Assembly: GCA_021812365.1 (NCBI GenBank)
Contig: JAKANQ010000002.1
Coordinates: 16,953 to 80,952, forward strand
Direction of reading: 5' to 3'
From: a bacterium
GTDB taxonomy: Bacteria > Patescibacteriota > Minisyncoccia > UBA6257 > GWB1-50-10
DNA length: 64,000 bases
Shown here: in pieces, positions 9,793 through 19,657 of the stretch
Layout of the letters: each line of letters begins with the position of its first letter
Position numbering within the stretch: the first letter of the stretch is position 1
Translations under genes and position numbers: made by a program
The notes under the pieces: generated by a model
Database searches by the model: none
Told to the model about the DNA's origin: nothing
What the model saw: the letters and a program-made list of their open reading frames with translations, nothing else

Positions 9793-9954
9793 TTAAAATT
9801 CTTCTTCTGTTTCTTCTTCGCTTGTTTCCGGCGCGCTAAACTCCTCCTCTTCTCCTTCGAGGGGGAGGGTTGGATCAAAAAGCGCGTCGCCAAGCCCCTT
9901 TTCTAATTCTTCGTCACCGCTCGTGAAAATTCCGTCGTCTTGTAATGATTGCAT
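9793..9954 (-). CDS. Small highly acidic hypothetical protein (53 aa)
   Basis: Hand translation MQSLQDDGIFTSGDEELEKGLGDALFDPTLPLEGEEEEFSAPETSEEETEEEF; followed by a terminator-like hairpin near 9750-9772. Confidence 0.6.
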   Translation of the reverse strand: MQSLQDDGIFTSGDEELEKGLGDALFDPTLPLEGEEEEFSAPETSEEETEEEF

Positions 9955-10033
9955 GCCACTAAAACGTTGTTTTGTTCGACCGTTTTATGTACAGCAGTAT
10001 ACCTTGACCCTCGTTCCTGTCAAGAAGGAAGCA

Positions 10034-10507
10034 CTACCCCAATCTTTTATTCGAGGAGGCAATAGCGATTGCTAAGGCATCCGTGGCGTCGTCGAGGAGG
10101 TGAGACACATCCATATGAAGGAGAAGCGAGACCATTTTTGCAACCTCATTTTTTTTAGAGGCCCCATTTCCAGTGACCGCAAGCTTTACCTCGTTAGGTG
10201 AGAGTTCGAAAAGAGGAATTTTGTTATGAACTACCGTTGCCACCAACACACCCCGTGCTTCCGCGACAGAAAGCGCTGTTTTTTTATTTTTTGAAAAAAA
10301 TAAACGCTCAACCCCCACCTTTTCCGGGTGAATATGCAAGAGAAGGCGTTCAAGCGATGTTCGTATCTCGTCTAAGCGCTCCCCGTCAGTTTCCTTCGGT
10401 GTTAGTTCAAGAATACCGCTTGTGATGTGGCGTAGAGAGCTGCCCGATGACTCAATTGCGCCATATCCTATTCGTGTGGTGCCGGGGTCTATCCCAAGAA
10501 CAATCAT
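10034..10507 (-). CDS. ruvC: Holliday junction resolvase RuvC
   Basis: LGIDPG, VERLFF, EARGV, DDATDALAIA. Confidence 0.96.
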   Translation of the reverse strand: MIVLGIDPGTTRIGYGAIESSGSSLRHITSGILELTPKETDGERLDEIRTSLERLLLHIHPEKVGVERLFFSKNKKTALSVAEARGVLVATVVHNKIPLFELSPNEVKLAVTGNGASKKNEVAKMVSLLLHMDVSHLLDDATDALAIAIASSNKRLG

Positions 10508-10510
10508 GGA

Positions 10511-11848
10511 TTAAAAAAGTTCTGTGGTTATTTCATTCTTCGGGACCAGCGCTTGGTCAAGTGGAATGGTAAACCAAAACGTCGAACCTCTATTCAGCTC
10601 CGACTCGACGCCCATCTCTCCGCCGTGGCGGTGAACGATATTTTTTGCGATATAAAGACCAAGACCGCTTCCGTTCGGTTCCACCTGCGCCGCGTTCGAG
10701 CCGCGGTATAGTTTTTGAAAGAGATTTTTCAAATCATCTTTTGATATTCCTATGCCGGTATCCGCAACAGAGACTCGCGCAAAATGGCCACTCGCGTCCT
10801 TGTTGATTGAGACAGTCACCTTTCCATTTTCCGTGTTGTATCGAATCGCGTTATCGATCAAATTGAAAAGTACCGAACTAAGGCGGTTTTGGTCAATAGA
10901 AACATCAGGAAACTGTTCCCTGGGGGGAACGAATTCAACCGCGATATTGTATTGACTCGCAAGCGTCTTTGTCTCTTTTGTTATATTGTCTACAAAAGAA
11001 ACAAGATTTATTGGTTGGAAGGAATATCCGAATTTTCCCTCTTCGATCTTTGAGACATCAAGAAGGTCGTTCGTTATCTTAAGGGAGCGTTCAGAGACCA
11101 CAAGCGCGTCCTCAGCAATCGGTTTTATTTCCGGGCTGTTTTCTGAAAATTTAAGAATGCTCTCGATTGCCCAGTGCAGCGCGGTGAGCGGTGTTCTTAG
11201 TTGATGAGCGGCAACACTGATAAAATCAGATTTCGATTGAAGTAATCCTTTTTCTCGCGTGGTGTTATGAATAAGTTTGATGAAGCCGGTCACTTTTCCC
11301 GCCTCGTCCTTGATTTGATGCAATGTGATATGTAATTCCAACTTCGGACCATCGAAGGAAAGATCAAAAACTTGCGGCCACGCATCAAACTCCGAAAGCT
11401 GCGTCATTGAAGGCGCGAGAGAGGGGAAGAGGGTTTGCACAAAAACCCTATATCGCGGAGTTTTTACGAGCCCTGGATCAAATTGTTTTTCAACCACTTC
11501 TTCTGAGGAGATGCCGAAGATGCGCTCCGCGCCAGCATTGAATGTCAGCACTCTGAAGTTGGGGTCGTAAATAACAACTCCATCTTCAAGAAACTTGATG
11601 ATGACATCTCGTTCTTTCGTCTTAAAATCTTCCTCGGAACCGAGACGAGCTAAACGGATAAAGGAGTTAAGAAGTTCGAACACGATAACAAAAAATAGTA
11701 TAAAAAGAAGCATTCCGAGATAAAAAGGGTATTGCAACGCCACAAAAAGAAAAACCGCCGCCACGATGATGAGTGTGGTATATAAAGGAATTAATTCCCT
11801 GTTTTTCCAAAAACGAAGTATCTTTTTGATATACGGTTCTTCCGCCAT
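10511..11848 (-). CDS. Membrane PAS-domain sensor histidine kinase (no adjacent regulator)
   Basis: Two TM helices, PAS domain, H-box AHQLRTPLT, N-box NLIDNAIRY, G-boxes DTGIGI and GSGLGL. Confidence 0.92.
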   Translation of the reverse strand: MAEEPYIKKILRFWKNRELIPLYTTLIIVAAVFLFVALQYPFYLGMLLFILFFVIVFELLNSFIRLARLGSEEDFKTKERDVIIKFLEDGVVIYDPNFRVLTFNAGAERIFGISSEEVVEKQFDPGLVKTPRYRVFVQTLFPSLAPSMTQLSEFDAWPQVFDLSFDGPKLELHITLHQIKDEAGKVTGFIKLIHNTTREKGLLQSKSDFISVAAHQLRTPLTALHWAIESILKFSENSPEIKPIAEDALVVSERSLKITNDLLDVSKIEEGKFGYSFQPINLVSFVDNITKETKTLASQYNIAVEFVPPREQFPDVSIDQNRLSSVLFNLIDNAIRYNTENGKVTVSINKDASGHFARVSVADTGIGISKDDLKNLFQKLYRGSNAAQVEPNGSGLGLYIAKNIVHRHGGEMGVESELNRGSTFWFTIPLDQALVPKNEITTELF

Positions 11849-11849
11849 A

Positions 11850-14294
11850 CTACTTCATTGTACCCCATTTTTTCCCGATTTTCATTTCTGCGGTCAATGG
11901 AACAGAAAGTGGGTAAGCACCCTCCATGATTGTTTTGAGGCGGGGAGTGAGCGCCGAAACAAACTCATCGCGTATTTCAAACAGCAACTCATCGTGAATA
12001 GAGAGAAGAAGATACGCTGAATCTTTATCAGAAAGAGTGCGGAGTTCTTTTGCCGCGTGAATCATCGCGAGCTTCAAAATATCGGCGCCAAGTCCCTGCA
12101 AGGGCATATTGATTCCCGCCCGTTCAAATTCTCCTGGGGCGGCATCTTTCGGGAACCATCGTTTTCTCCCATTTTCATTTTCAACAAAACCAGTTTTTTT
12201 CATCCCTTCTTTTACGCGTTCCTGCCACGCACGAACTCCAGGAAACGCTTTAAAATATTCGGAAATGAATTTTTTGGCCTCCTCCATTGAGACGCCGCTT
12301 GTTTTACTAAAAAGACGGGGGCCCATTCCGTACACAATTCCAAAATTAAGCGTTTTTCCTATTCGGCGCTGTTTCTGGGTAACGTCGGAAAGCGGCACCT
12401 CGAACACCTTCGAGGCGGTAAGCGCGTGAATATCCTCTCCTCCCATAAACGCCGAAACAAGTGTTGGATCGTGTGACACGTGCGCAAGAAGTCGAAGCTC
12501 AAGCTGAGAATAATCAAAGGAGACCAACGTAAATCCGTTTGTGGACACAAACGCGTCTCTTAGCGGTTTTGCCCATTTTGAACCTTGAGGAATGTTTTGG
12601 AGATTTGGTTTTTCAGAAGAGAGCCTTCCTGTGCCTGTACCAGTTTGGAGATAGGTTGTGTGGATTCTTCCGTCCGAGAGCCCCGCTTCACGGAGGGGTT
12701 CTAAGAAACTCGAGTATACCTTGAACGTTTCGCGATATTGGAGAATAAGGGGAACGATAGGGTGTGCATCAAGAAGTTCATATAACACATCTTTTCCTGT
12801 TTTTCGCTGACCCGTCGCGGTCTTCTTTTTTGTTTCGGTGGCGAGTTTCAATTTTTCAAAAAGCACCTCGCTTATCTGTTGTGGAGAATTTATGTTGAAT
12901 GGGCCTCCCGCGGCGGCGTATATCTTGCGCTCTAATCCGTCCACCTCTTCTCGCATCTCCTTGCCAAGATCTTCTAATATCTTTGAATCCGTCCTAATGC
13001 CTCGCTCCTCCATTGTTACAAGAACGCGAATAAGCGGCATTTCAATGTTCATAAACACCTTCTGAAGAGAGTTCTTCTCCATTTTTTCATTGAAAATATT
13101 CGCAAGCATCTCAAGCGCTTCAGATTTTTTATTCGGATACTCTCCTATGTCAATCCCCGCGATTTGTTTTGCGAGTTCCGCAAACCCAACATCCTTCTCA
13201 TCTGGGTTTGTGAGCCATGAGGCAATATGCACATCAAAAAGAGGGTCGGAAGCCTCAATCCCCACACCCCTCCAAACCTTAAGAGTGTGTTTCCAGTCAA
13301 ACGCGACTTTTGTTTTTTCTCCCAACAACTCCTTTTTAATCGAAGAGATGTTTGTTTCATCCTCAACAACAACAAAATCATTTTTTTTGAAATGAAGGTC
13401 CAGCGCTGCGGGTTTTTCAGAATGCGGCCTTTCCGCTTCAGATTTTTTATTGGTAAGACTTTCAAACCCAAGTTCCAAAAAATAGCGCGAAAGCGCGGAA
13501 GCATCCGGTTTTTTATATGCGAGGTCATCAAGCGAAACAACAAGCGGCACCTCCAAGGAAATTGTCGCAAGTTTTTTCGAGAATAACGCGTCTTTTTCAT
13601 AAGGAAGAAATTTTTTTGCGAGCTTATGATCCTCTTTCATCGATGAATATAAGTTCTCAATCGTACCGAACTCTTTAAGCGCTTGCAATGCTGTTTTTGG
13701 ACCGACGCCGGGGACGCCCGGTATGTTGTCTGAGGGGTCGCCCACCAAACCCTTATAGTCGGTCATTTGGTCCGGATTCAGTTCGTATCGCGCGCGAACA
13801 GCATTCGCGTCGTATGTTATCGTCTCACTGATGCCTTTTTTGGGCGCACATACCACAATCTGCTTTCCTTTTACCAGTTGGAGTGTGTCCATATCGCCCG
13901 TGAGAATCGTTATATGGAGGTTCTCATCAGTACCAAATTTTGCTGCAAGTGTTCCGATGATATCATCACCTTCAAAACCGGGGAGTTCGAAGATCGGAAT
14001 ATTAAGTTTGGTAAAGAGCTCTCGAGCTTTTATAAGTTGTGATACAAGTTCGTCGGGCGCCTTCGGTCGTTGCGCCTTATATGCTTCGAACATCTCCTTT
14101 CGAAACGTGGGTTCGGGTCTATCGAAGGCCGCCGCAACATAATCGGGTTCATGCTCCTTCATGGTCTTAAGGAGTGCTCGCGTCAATCCATAGATTGCGC
14201 CGATCGGTTCTCCCTTCGGGGTGGTGAGAGGGGGAATTGCGTGGTATGAACGATGGATCAGCGCGTGCGCGTCGATTAAAAGAAGTGTCTTCAT
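11850..14294 (-). CDS. polA: DNA polymerase I
   Basis: 5'-3' exonuclease LLLIDAHALIHRSYHA and GDPSDNIPGV; polymerase DYSQLELR, KTLNFGIVYG, IHDEL. Start at MKTLLL. Confidence 0.97.
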   Translation of the reverse strand: MKTLLLIDAHALIHRSYHAIPPLTTPKGEPIGAIYGLTRALLKTMKEHEPDYVAAAFDRPEPTFRKEMFEAYKAQRPKAPDELVSQLIKARELFTKLNIPIFELPGFEGDDIIGTLAAKFGTDENLHITILTGDMDTLQLVKGKQIVVCAPKKGISETITYDANAVRARYELNPDQMTDYKGLVGDPSDNIPGVPGVGPKTALQALKEFGTIENLYSSMKEDHKLAKKFLPYEKDALFSKKLATISLEVPLVVSLDDLAYKKPDASALSRYFLELGFESLTNKKSEAERPHSEKPAALDLHFKKNDFVVVEDETNISSIKKELLGEKTKVAFDWKHTLKVWRGVGIEASDPLFDVHIASWLTNPDEKDVGFAELAKQIAGIDIGEYPNKKSEALEMLANIFNEKMEKNSLQKVFMNIEMPLIRVLVTMEERGIRTDSKILEDLGKEMREEVDGLERKIYAAAGGPFNINSPQQISEVLFEKLKLATETKKKTATGQRKTGKDVLYELLDAHPIVPLILQYRETFKVYSSFLEPLREAGLSDGRIHTTYLQTGTGTGRLSSEKPNLQNIPQGSKWAKPLRDAFVSTNGFTLVSFDYSQLELRLLAHVSHDPTLVSAFMGGEDIHALTASKVFEVPLSDVTQKQRRIGKTLNFGIVYGMGPRLFSKTSGVSMEEAKKFISEYFKAFPGVRAWQERVKEGMKKTGFVENENGRKRWFPKDAAPGEFERAGINMPLQGLGADILKLAMIHAAKELRTLSDKDSAYLLLSIHDELLFEIRDEFVSALTPRLKTIMEGAYPLSVPLTAEMKIGKKWGTMK

Positions 14295-14307
14295 AATACT
14301 CTTATTA

Positions 14308-14763
14308 TTATAACCCTCGCGTGATGATTGTGCGTTCTGTTTCGTGTTTCCCGTGAGCGAGGGAGATTGCGCGCGCGCCGCGCAACATGTTTCCCTGTAT
14401 ATTCTCCGCCCACTCAATGAGGACGATGTTCGATGGTTCTTTCAGTACATTCTCAAACCCAAGCGGAGCTATATCAGTAATGTTTTTCATTCGATACGCG
14501 TCTATGTGGAATAGATTCGAGTAGGCGCCTTTTTTAACGATGTGGCGCTTCATGATGACGAAGGTTGGGCTTGTGATGTTGCGAGAAATACCCAACTCCT
14601 TCGCAAATCCCTGTGTGAACGTCGTCTTTCCCGCGCCAAGATCCCCATTCAATGTAATGATGAGCGCCCCCGTTTTCTTGGGGTGAGTGTTTGCGACTTT
14701 GGCGGCTATTGCCGCGGCAATTTGTTTTGTTTCGCTCGGAGAGTGGCTTTTGAATACGGCCAT
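14308..14763 (-). CDS. tsaE: tRNA t6A biosynthesis ATPase TsaE
   Basis: GDLGAGKTTF, SPTF, HIDAYR, LIEW. Confidence 0.96.
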   Translation of the reverse strand: MAVFKSHSPSETKQIAAAIAAKVANTHPKKTGALIITLNGDLGAGKTTFTQGFAKELGISRNITSPTFVIMKRHIVKKGAYSNLFHIDAYRMKNITDIAPLGFENVLKEPSNIVLIEWAENIQGNMLRGARAISLAHGKHETERTIITRGL

Positions 14764-14765
14764 AG

Positions 14766-15770
14766 TTACACAAGACCACCTTTCTTTTTCAGTCCGAGAT
14801 GCTCGTACGCAAGATCTGTTGCGGTGCGTCCCGCCGATGTGCGGTTCAAAAGCCCCAACTTCATAAGAAAGGGCTCATAGACATCCTCTATGGTGCCAGG
14901 CTCTTCATTAAGAGCCGCGCCAAGCGCTTTAAGACCGACAGGACCTCCGTTGAACGTATCAATGATCGCGAATAGAAGCTGGCGATCCGTGTTATCCAAC
15001 CCAAGAGAATCTATTTCTAAAAGTTCAAGCGTCTTGTTGACCGCTTCCGCGTTGATGACATTGTTCAAATAAACTTGCGCGTAATCGCGGGCACGTTTTA
15101 AGATGCGATTCGCAGAGCGGGGCGTGAATCTCGATGCTTCGGCGATGAGGGGGAGCGCTTCGGGGAGTATTTCCACATCAAGAAGCTTCGCTGAACGTTT
15201 TATTATCTGTTCAAGATCCTTCGGTGTGTAATAATCGAGACGAAACGTAGCGCCGAAACGCGAACGGAGCGGCGCCGAGATAAGATTCGCTTTCGTGGTT
15301 GCCGCAATGATGGTGAATGGCGGGAGGTCGAGCGAGAATGTTCGCGCGGAGGGGCCCTTACCCACGATCAAGTGCAATTTTCTGCTTTCCATCGCAGGAT
15401 AAAGAATTTCTTCAACCATTGTGTTCACCCGATGCGCCTCATCGATGAAAAGTATCTCGTTCGGCTCGAGGTTAGTGAGGAGCGCCGCGATATCTCCTGT
15501 TTTTTCAAGCGCGGGACCCGATGTTGATTTGATGTTCGCGCCCATTTCCTTTCCTACAAGATATGCAAGCGTGGTCTTTCCGAGCCCCGGCTGACCGTAA
15601 AAAAGAATATGATCACAACTTTCATTGCGGCCTTTCGCGGCATCCACAATAAGGCGAAGATTTTTCTTCACATTATCCTGTCCCACATAATCTTCCCAAC
15701 GAGAGGGGCGAAGCGAGAGGTCAAAACTTATTTCTTCCCCTTCTTCTTGTTTTTGTATGTCTGTGCTCAT
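14766..15770 (-). CDS. ruvB: Holliday junction branch migration helicase RuvB
   Basis: LRP, GQPGLGKTT, TSGPALEK, LFIDEAHR, LRSRFG, EPFL. Confidence 0.97.
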   Translation of the reverse strand: MSTDIQKQEEGEEISFDLSLRPSRWEDYVGQDNVKKNLRLIVDAAKGRNESCDHILFYGQPGLGKTTLAYLVGKEMGANIKSTSGPALEKTGDIAALLTNLEPNEILFIDEAHRVNTMVEEILYPAMESRKLHLIVGKGPSARTFSLDLPPFTIIAATTKANLISAPLRSRFGATFRLDYYTPKDLEQIIKRSAKLLDVEILPEALPLIAEASRFTPRSANRILKRARDYAQVYLNNVINAEAVNKTLELLEIDSLGLDNTDRQLLFAIIDTFNGGPVGLKALGAALNEEPGTIEDVYEPFLMKLGLLNRTSAGRTATDLAYEHLGLKKKGGLV

Positions 15771-15867
15771 CGCGATTCTTTTTTCTTATCTCAAAATACC
15801 ACAATCCGAGGCGAACTTCTAATAGAAAATAAAAAATCCGCCCAAACAAAGGCGGAAAAAGAGGGTA

Positions 15868-15896
15868 TTGACAAAGTTAGGTTTCCGTGATAGGAT
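15868..15896 (+). promoter_or_regulatory. Sigma70-type promoter
   Basis: TTGACA-17 nt-TAGGAT, with no convincing ORF downstream. Confidence 0.7.
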
Positions 15897-15902
15897 AAGC
15901 CC

Positions 15903-16081
15903 AGAAATCCCAAATTGGGTTCTGTGGGCATTCGGATTCTTTCTTAGATTTTAGGATTGTTTGGCTCCGGCTGGATAACTCCTCGGAAATATCCGTTCCT
16001 TTCTTAAACTACATTTAGGAAAGGTTTTTACAAATGCCTTTATGGGCGCCCTGCCCACAGAACCGAGTTCGGGATTTTTTA
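15903..16081 (+). ncRNA. Candidate ~175-nt structured ncRNA with a 26-bp closing stem
   Basis: 15905-15930 pairs with 16052-16077 (23 WC pairs plus 1 GU of 26); internal hairpins; promoter upstream and U-tract downstream. Confidence 0.5.
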
Positions 16082-16095
16082 GTATCCCGTGCCTC

Positions 16096-17775
16096 TTAGG
16101 CATTGTGGAGCCAGTCAACTATCCCCGTCGTCCTATCCACCTCTTCCAAGCTTGTGACACCCTGAATGACTTTCAATACACCGTCTTCTTGCATTGTAAC
16201 CATTCCTCGCCTTCTTGCCAATGTGAATAACTCAGTTTCGGATGGTGTGTGGTAAATACTCTCTCGAATTTCCTCATCAACCGCAAAAAGTTCAAAAATA
16301 GAGATGCGTCCTCGATAACCGAGTCCGCCGCATTCCGCGCAACCCACATGGTCATACATTTCAAAGTTCTCGTATACTTTTTTATCCACGCGCTCCGGAA
16401 GTCCCGCAATAAATTGTTTTATCGCCTCACGGGTTGCGCCGCTTAATTCCTTTTTCTTTTTACACGCCGGACATAGGACGCGAACCAAGCGTTGTGCAAT
16501 GATAAGGTTCAATGAGGGGGCGAGTGTATTTGGTTTTGCGCCAAGATCGATGAAGCGAGGAATCGCGCCGATGGCGTCATTGGTGTGCAGTGTTGAAAAG
16601 ACGAGGTGGCCCGTGAGCGCCGCATTCACGGAAATCTCCGCGGTTTCCTTATCGCGAATTTCTCCGATGAGAATGACATTCGGGTCCTGGCGAAGGATGG
16701 AGCGAAGGCCGCTTGCGAACGTGTAATTTACATCAGGATTCACCTGCGTTTGAGAAATGCCCGCGATATGATATTCAATCGGGTCTTCAACGGTGATTAT
16801 TTTGATTTCCGGCGAGTACACTCTTTTTAAGAATGCGTAGAGAGTTGTGGTCTTACCGGAACCCGTGGGGCCAGTGGTGAGAATTAGTCCGTTCGGTTTG
16901 GCAATCTCCTTTTTTATGATAACGAGGTCGTCCGGGCGCCAACCAAGATCCTCAAGATTCACTTTGAGGGCCAGTGGATCCAAGAGACGCATCACCACCG
17001 TTTCACCGAACTCAGAAGGAATGATCGAGGTGCGAATCTCGATGTCGCGGTTATTGAGGCCGATGGTAAAACGGCCATCCTGGGGTTCGTCCATTACATT
17101 AAGTTTCAGATTGGAAAGAAGTTTGATGCGCATCACAATGGAGCGATATGCGTGCGGGGTAAATTTGGAATATACGGTATGCAGCATTCCATCAATCCGG
17201 TATCGCAATGTACCAAAATCCTCACCCGGCTCCATGTGGATATCAGAAGCTTTGAGCGCCATTGAACCACCAAGAATGATTTCCAGAATTTGTGAGACGA
17301 GCGGGCTGCTAAAATTAGCAAGCTCTTTTTCCAATATCTCAATCGTTTTTATCTTTTCGAGAAGTTCGTTGAGGCGCTCTTCGTCGATATTGACTTGTCC
17401 GCTTATTTCCTTCGTTTCATCAGGTGCGTAGCGGTAGTATCCCCATGCATGTTCAAGGCTCGCCATCGAAGAGATGACGATCTGCACATCGAATTTCTTT
17501 TTCAACTCATTAAGAAGCGCGACAGAGGCGGGAAGGTTTGGGTCGAATGCCGCCACCAGAAGCTTATTCCTTAAAAGCTGAAAAGGAACGAGTTTTGCCG
17601 CGCGCGCTTCTTCGGGTTTTATCACCGTCATCGCCTTTATTTCCGTAGGAACGGTAACAGAGATAAGGTTGAGGTAGGGGATTTTAAGTGAGGCGGCGCG
17701 GCGTTTCGCATCGCCCTCCTCCGCTTCAAGGTGTGCTTTCTTAAGCCGCTCATCAAGGTCTTTCGAATTCAGCAT
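16096..17775 (-). CDS. pilB: Type IV pilus/T2SS assembly ATPase (PilB/GspE family)
   Basis: ASDIHMEP, PQDGR, GPTGSGKTTT, EDPIE, LRQDP, GEIRD, TLHTND and CxxC pairs. Start placed at MLNSKD. Confidence 0.88.
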   Translation of the reverse strand: MLNSKDLDERLKKAHLEAEEGDAKRRAASLKIPYLNLISVTVPTEIKAMTVIKPEEARAAKLVPFQLLRNKLLVAAFDPNLPASVALLNELKKKFDVQIVISSMASLEHAWGYYRYAPDETKEISGQVNIDEERLNELLEKIKTIEILEKELANFSSPLVSQILEIILGGSMALKASDIHMEPGEDFGTLRYRIDGMLHTVYSKFTPHAYRSIVMRIKLLSNLKLNVMDEPQDGRFTIGLNNRDIEIRTSIIPSEFGETVVMRLLDPLALKVNLEDLGWRPDDLVIIKKEIAKPNGLILTTGPTGSGKTTTLYAFLKRVYSPEIKIITVEDPIEYHIAGISQTQVNPDVNYTFASGLRSILRQDPNVILIGEIRDKETAEISVNAALTGHLVFSTLHTNDAIGAIPRFIDLGAKPNTLAPSLNLIIAQRLVRVLCPACKKKKELSGATREAIKQFIAGLPERVDKKVYENFEMYDHVGCAECGGLGYRGRISIFELFAVDEEIRESIYHTPSETELFTLARRRGMVTMQEDGVLKVIQGVTSLEEVDRTTGIVDWLHNA

Positions 17776-17827
17776 CAGTATAAGTTTACTCTGCGGCGGT
17801 TCATTTGAGTAGTGGAAAACGAGGTAC

Positions 17828-17856
17828 TTGACTAATATCAATAACTGTGCTATATT
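17828..17856 (+). promoter_or_regulatory. Sigma70-type promoter
   Basis: TTGACT-17 nt-TATATT. Confidence 0.6.
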
Positions 17857-17916
17857 TCAATTAGTAACTAAACATGCTTGTCGGATGCTCCGACAACCAA
17901 TCATATGAGGTGTGCC

Positions 17917-18348
17917 ATGAAAAGGAACCTTACCCTCGTAGTCGCTCTCGGATTCCTGCTCATGTCGTTTGGGTGTCTCGCAGTTCCAATCGATATGCCC
18001 ACCGTGAGCGTCAATACCACCGGGTTCCCCGTGATCTTCTCGCGGAATCAGGTGGTCGTCACATGCCCCACGAATCTGTCTCTTCTGAAGGTCGAGAAGC
18101 TCGACCAGTTCGGAACGACTTCGTGGGCTCTGAAGCCCGGTGAGAGTGTCGGGGTTCGCCCGAGCGGCATGTATGCCGATCAGACGATGGTCATCGTCGT
18201 CTACGGGTATAACAAAGGCTGCAAGAACGCGAAGGGAGAGGACACATTTCTCCTCGTCGGAAGGACGTCGCGGAACTACAGCTTCTACGACAACGGCAAC
18301 TCGGGGCAGATGTACACGTGGGACGTTCAGATGAGCGAACTGCGGTAG
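17917..18348 (+). CDS. Hypothetical secreted protein or lipoprotein
   Basis: SD GAGGTG before the ATG; signal peptide ending LMSFGC; own promoter and terminator. Confidence 0.7.
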   Translation: MKRNLTLVVALGFLLMSFGCLAVPIDMPTVSVNTTGFPVIFSRNQVVVTCPTNLSLLKVEKLDQFGTTSWALKPGESVGVRPSGMYADQTMVIVVYGYNKGCKNAKGEDTFLLVGRTSRNYSFYDNGNSGQMYTWDVQMSELR

Positions 18349-18361
18349 TCCGCACCCAATC

Positions 18362-18391
18362 CCGCGTATCCTATGGATACGCGGTTTTTTT
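18362..18391 (+). terminator. Intrinsic terminator
   Basis: CCGCGTATCC-TAT-GGATACGCGG followed by T7. Confidence 0.85.
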
Positions 18392-18404
18392 ATATATAAT
18401 TGAA

Positions 18405-19232
18405 ATGATGGTTATCTATCTTTACGGTGCCGACTCATACAGGAGGTCTAAAAAACTCAAGGAGCTTTTGGAACAGAACAAGAAGAAGCAGCCGAACACC
18501 GACGTGTTGTTTGTTGATTTTTTGGAGGATCCGGATGCGTGGAAAAAAGCGAAAGATTTTTTGAATCAACCATCCATGTTTTCGGAATCCAAAACACTCG
18601 TGGTCTATGAGAGCGGGGAGGTGAGTGAGAGGGGCGAGAAAGAGTGGCTTAAGACGGTGAAGGAATATCTCGAAGAGAAAAAAGTATTCATCATCATTTC
18701 CGATTCATGGGATAAACCGCGGAAGGCGTTCATGTTTCTTATTGAGTTGCCCGTAAAAGCGCAGGAGTTTGCGGGATTGGAAGGGAGAACACTTGATGCC
18801 TTTTTAAGAAAGGAAGCGAGTGTGCTTGGGTTGCGCTTCGAGAGCGACGCATGGACTCATTTCGTAAAACATATCGAGTCAGCAACCGGGAAAAGTTGGG
18901 CTGGAGTCCACGAGCTCCAAAAAATAGCGCTTGCGAGATATAACGCACCGATTTCAAAAAACGATGTCGAATCGATCATTGAACACATGGCGCAAATTGA
19001 CGTATTCAATTCAGCTCGCGAGCTTATGGGGCCGGGGAAGATAGGAAAAAGAATTGCGACACTTGAACGATTATTGGCTCAAGGTGAGGATTCGGCGCGG
19101 CTTTTCAATCTTTTAGCATATAACGCGCGCGGAGCGCACGCGGTACGTCTCGCCGACCTCGATATCGCGATAAAAAGCGGACAAGCGGATTACGAGGAAG
19201 CGCTTCTTGAATTCGTTCTCGGTGGTCAATAG
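18405..19232 (+). CDS. holA: DNA polymerase III delta subunit
   Basis: IYLYGADSY, PSMFSESKTLVV, ELQK, DIAIKSG; adjacent to rpsT as is typical. Confidence 0.8.
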   Translation: MMVIYLYGADSYRRSKKLKELLEQNKKKQPNTDVLFVDFLEDPDAWKKAKDFLNQPSMFSESKTLVVYESGEVSERGEKEWLKTVKEYLEEKKVFIIISDSWDKPRKAFMFLIELPVKAQEFAGLEGRTLDAFLRKEASVLGLRFESDAWTHFVKHIESATGKSWAGVHELQKIALARYNAPISKNDVESIIEHMAQIDVFNSARELMGPGKIGKRIATLERLLAQGEDSARLFNLLAYNARGAHAVRLADLDIAIKSGQADYEEALLEFVLGGQ

Positions 19233-19236
19233 AAAC

Positions 19237-19262
19237 AAAAAATCCCCAGTGGGGATTTTTTT
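19237..19262. terminator. Bidirectional intrinsic terminator
   Basis: AAAAAATCCCCA-G-TGGGGATTTTTT. Confidence 0.75.
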
Positions 19263-19263
19263 G

Positions 19264-19518
19264 TTACTTCGCGAGCTTCTTTGCGAGGCGTGATTTCATT
19301 CTGTCCGCCTTTCCTTTTTTGATGAATTTTACCTTCGCCATCTTGTCGATCGCCTTATAAGCGTCTTTTAAGAATGCTTGCGCTTCGGTTTTTTCCGATA
19401 TGGTAAGTTTTTTGAATTTTTTTACAGTATCCTTAAGTGTTTTTTCGCGAGAAAGATTGAGCGCCCTTCTGCGGACGTTCTGGCGCAATGCTTTTTTCGC
19501 TCCTTTCGTTTTTGGCAT
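19264..19518 (-). CDS. rpsT: 30S ribosomal protein S20
   Basis: MPKTKGAKKALRQ...AYKAIDK...KADRMKSRL. Confidence 0.95.
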   Translation of the reverse strand: MPKTKGAKKALRQNVRRRALNLSREKTLKDTVKKFKKLTISEKTEAQAFLKDAYKAIDKMAKVKFIKKGKADRMKSRLAKKLAK

Positions 19519-19657
19519 ATTGGGTCTATTTAACCGCAGACCACCTCGAAAGTCAAGAAAGGCGAGGAGTTATTTCAGAGGAAAATGAGCCACCCCACTT
19601 TGTTTCAAAGCGAGGGTTCAAGCTGAAAAATGACAAAATAGTGTTTTTTGCTATCAT

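Noticed and set aside
9705-9893. 62-aa basic ORF
   Set aside because: Alternative frame of the acidic 53-aa ORF; it has a weak start and runs through a terminator hairpin.
14295-14417. N-terminal extension of PolA
   Set aside because: Overlaps tsaE; similarity begins at MKTLLLID.
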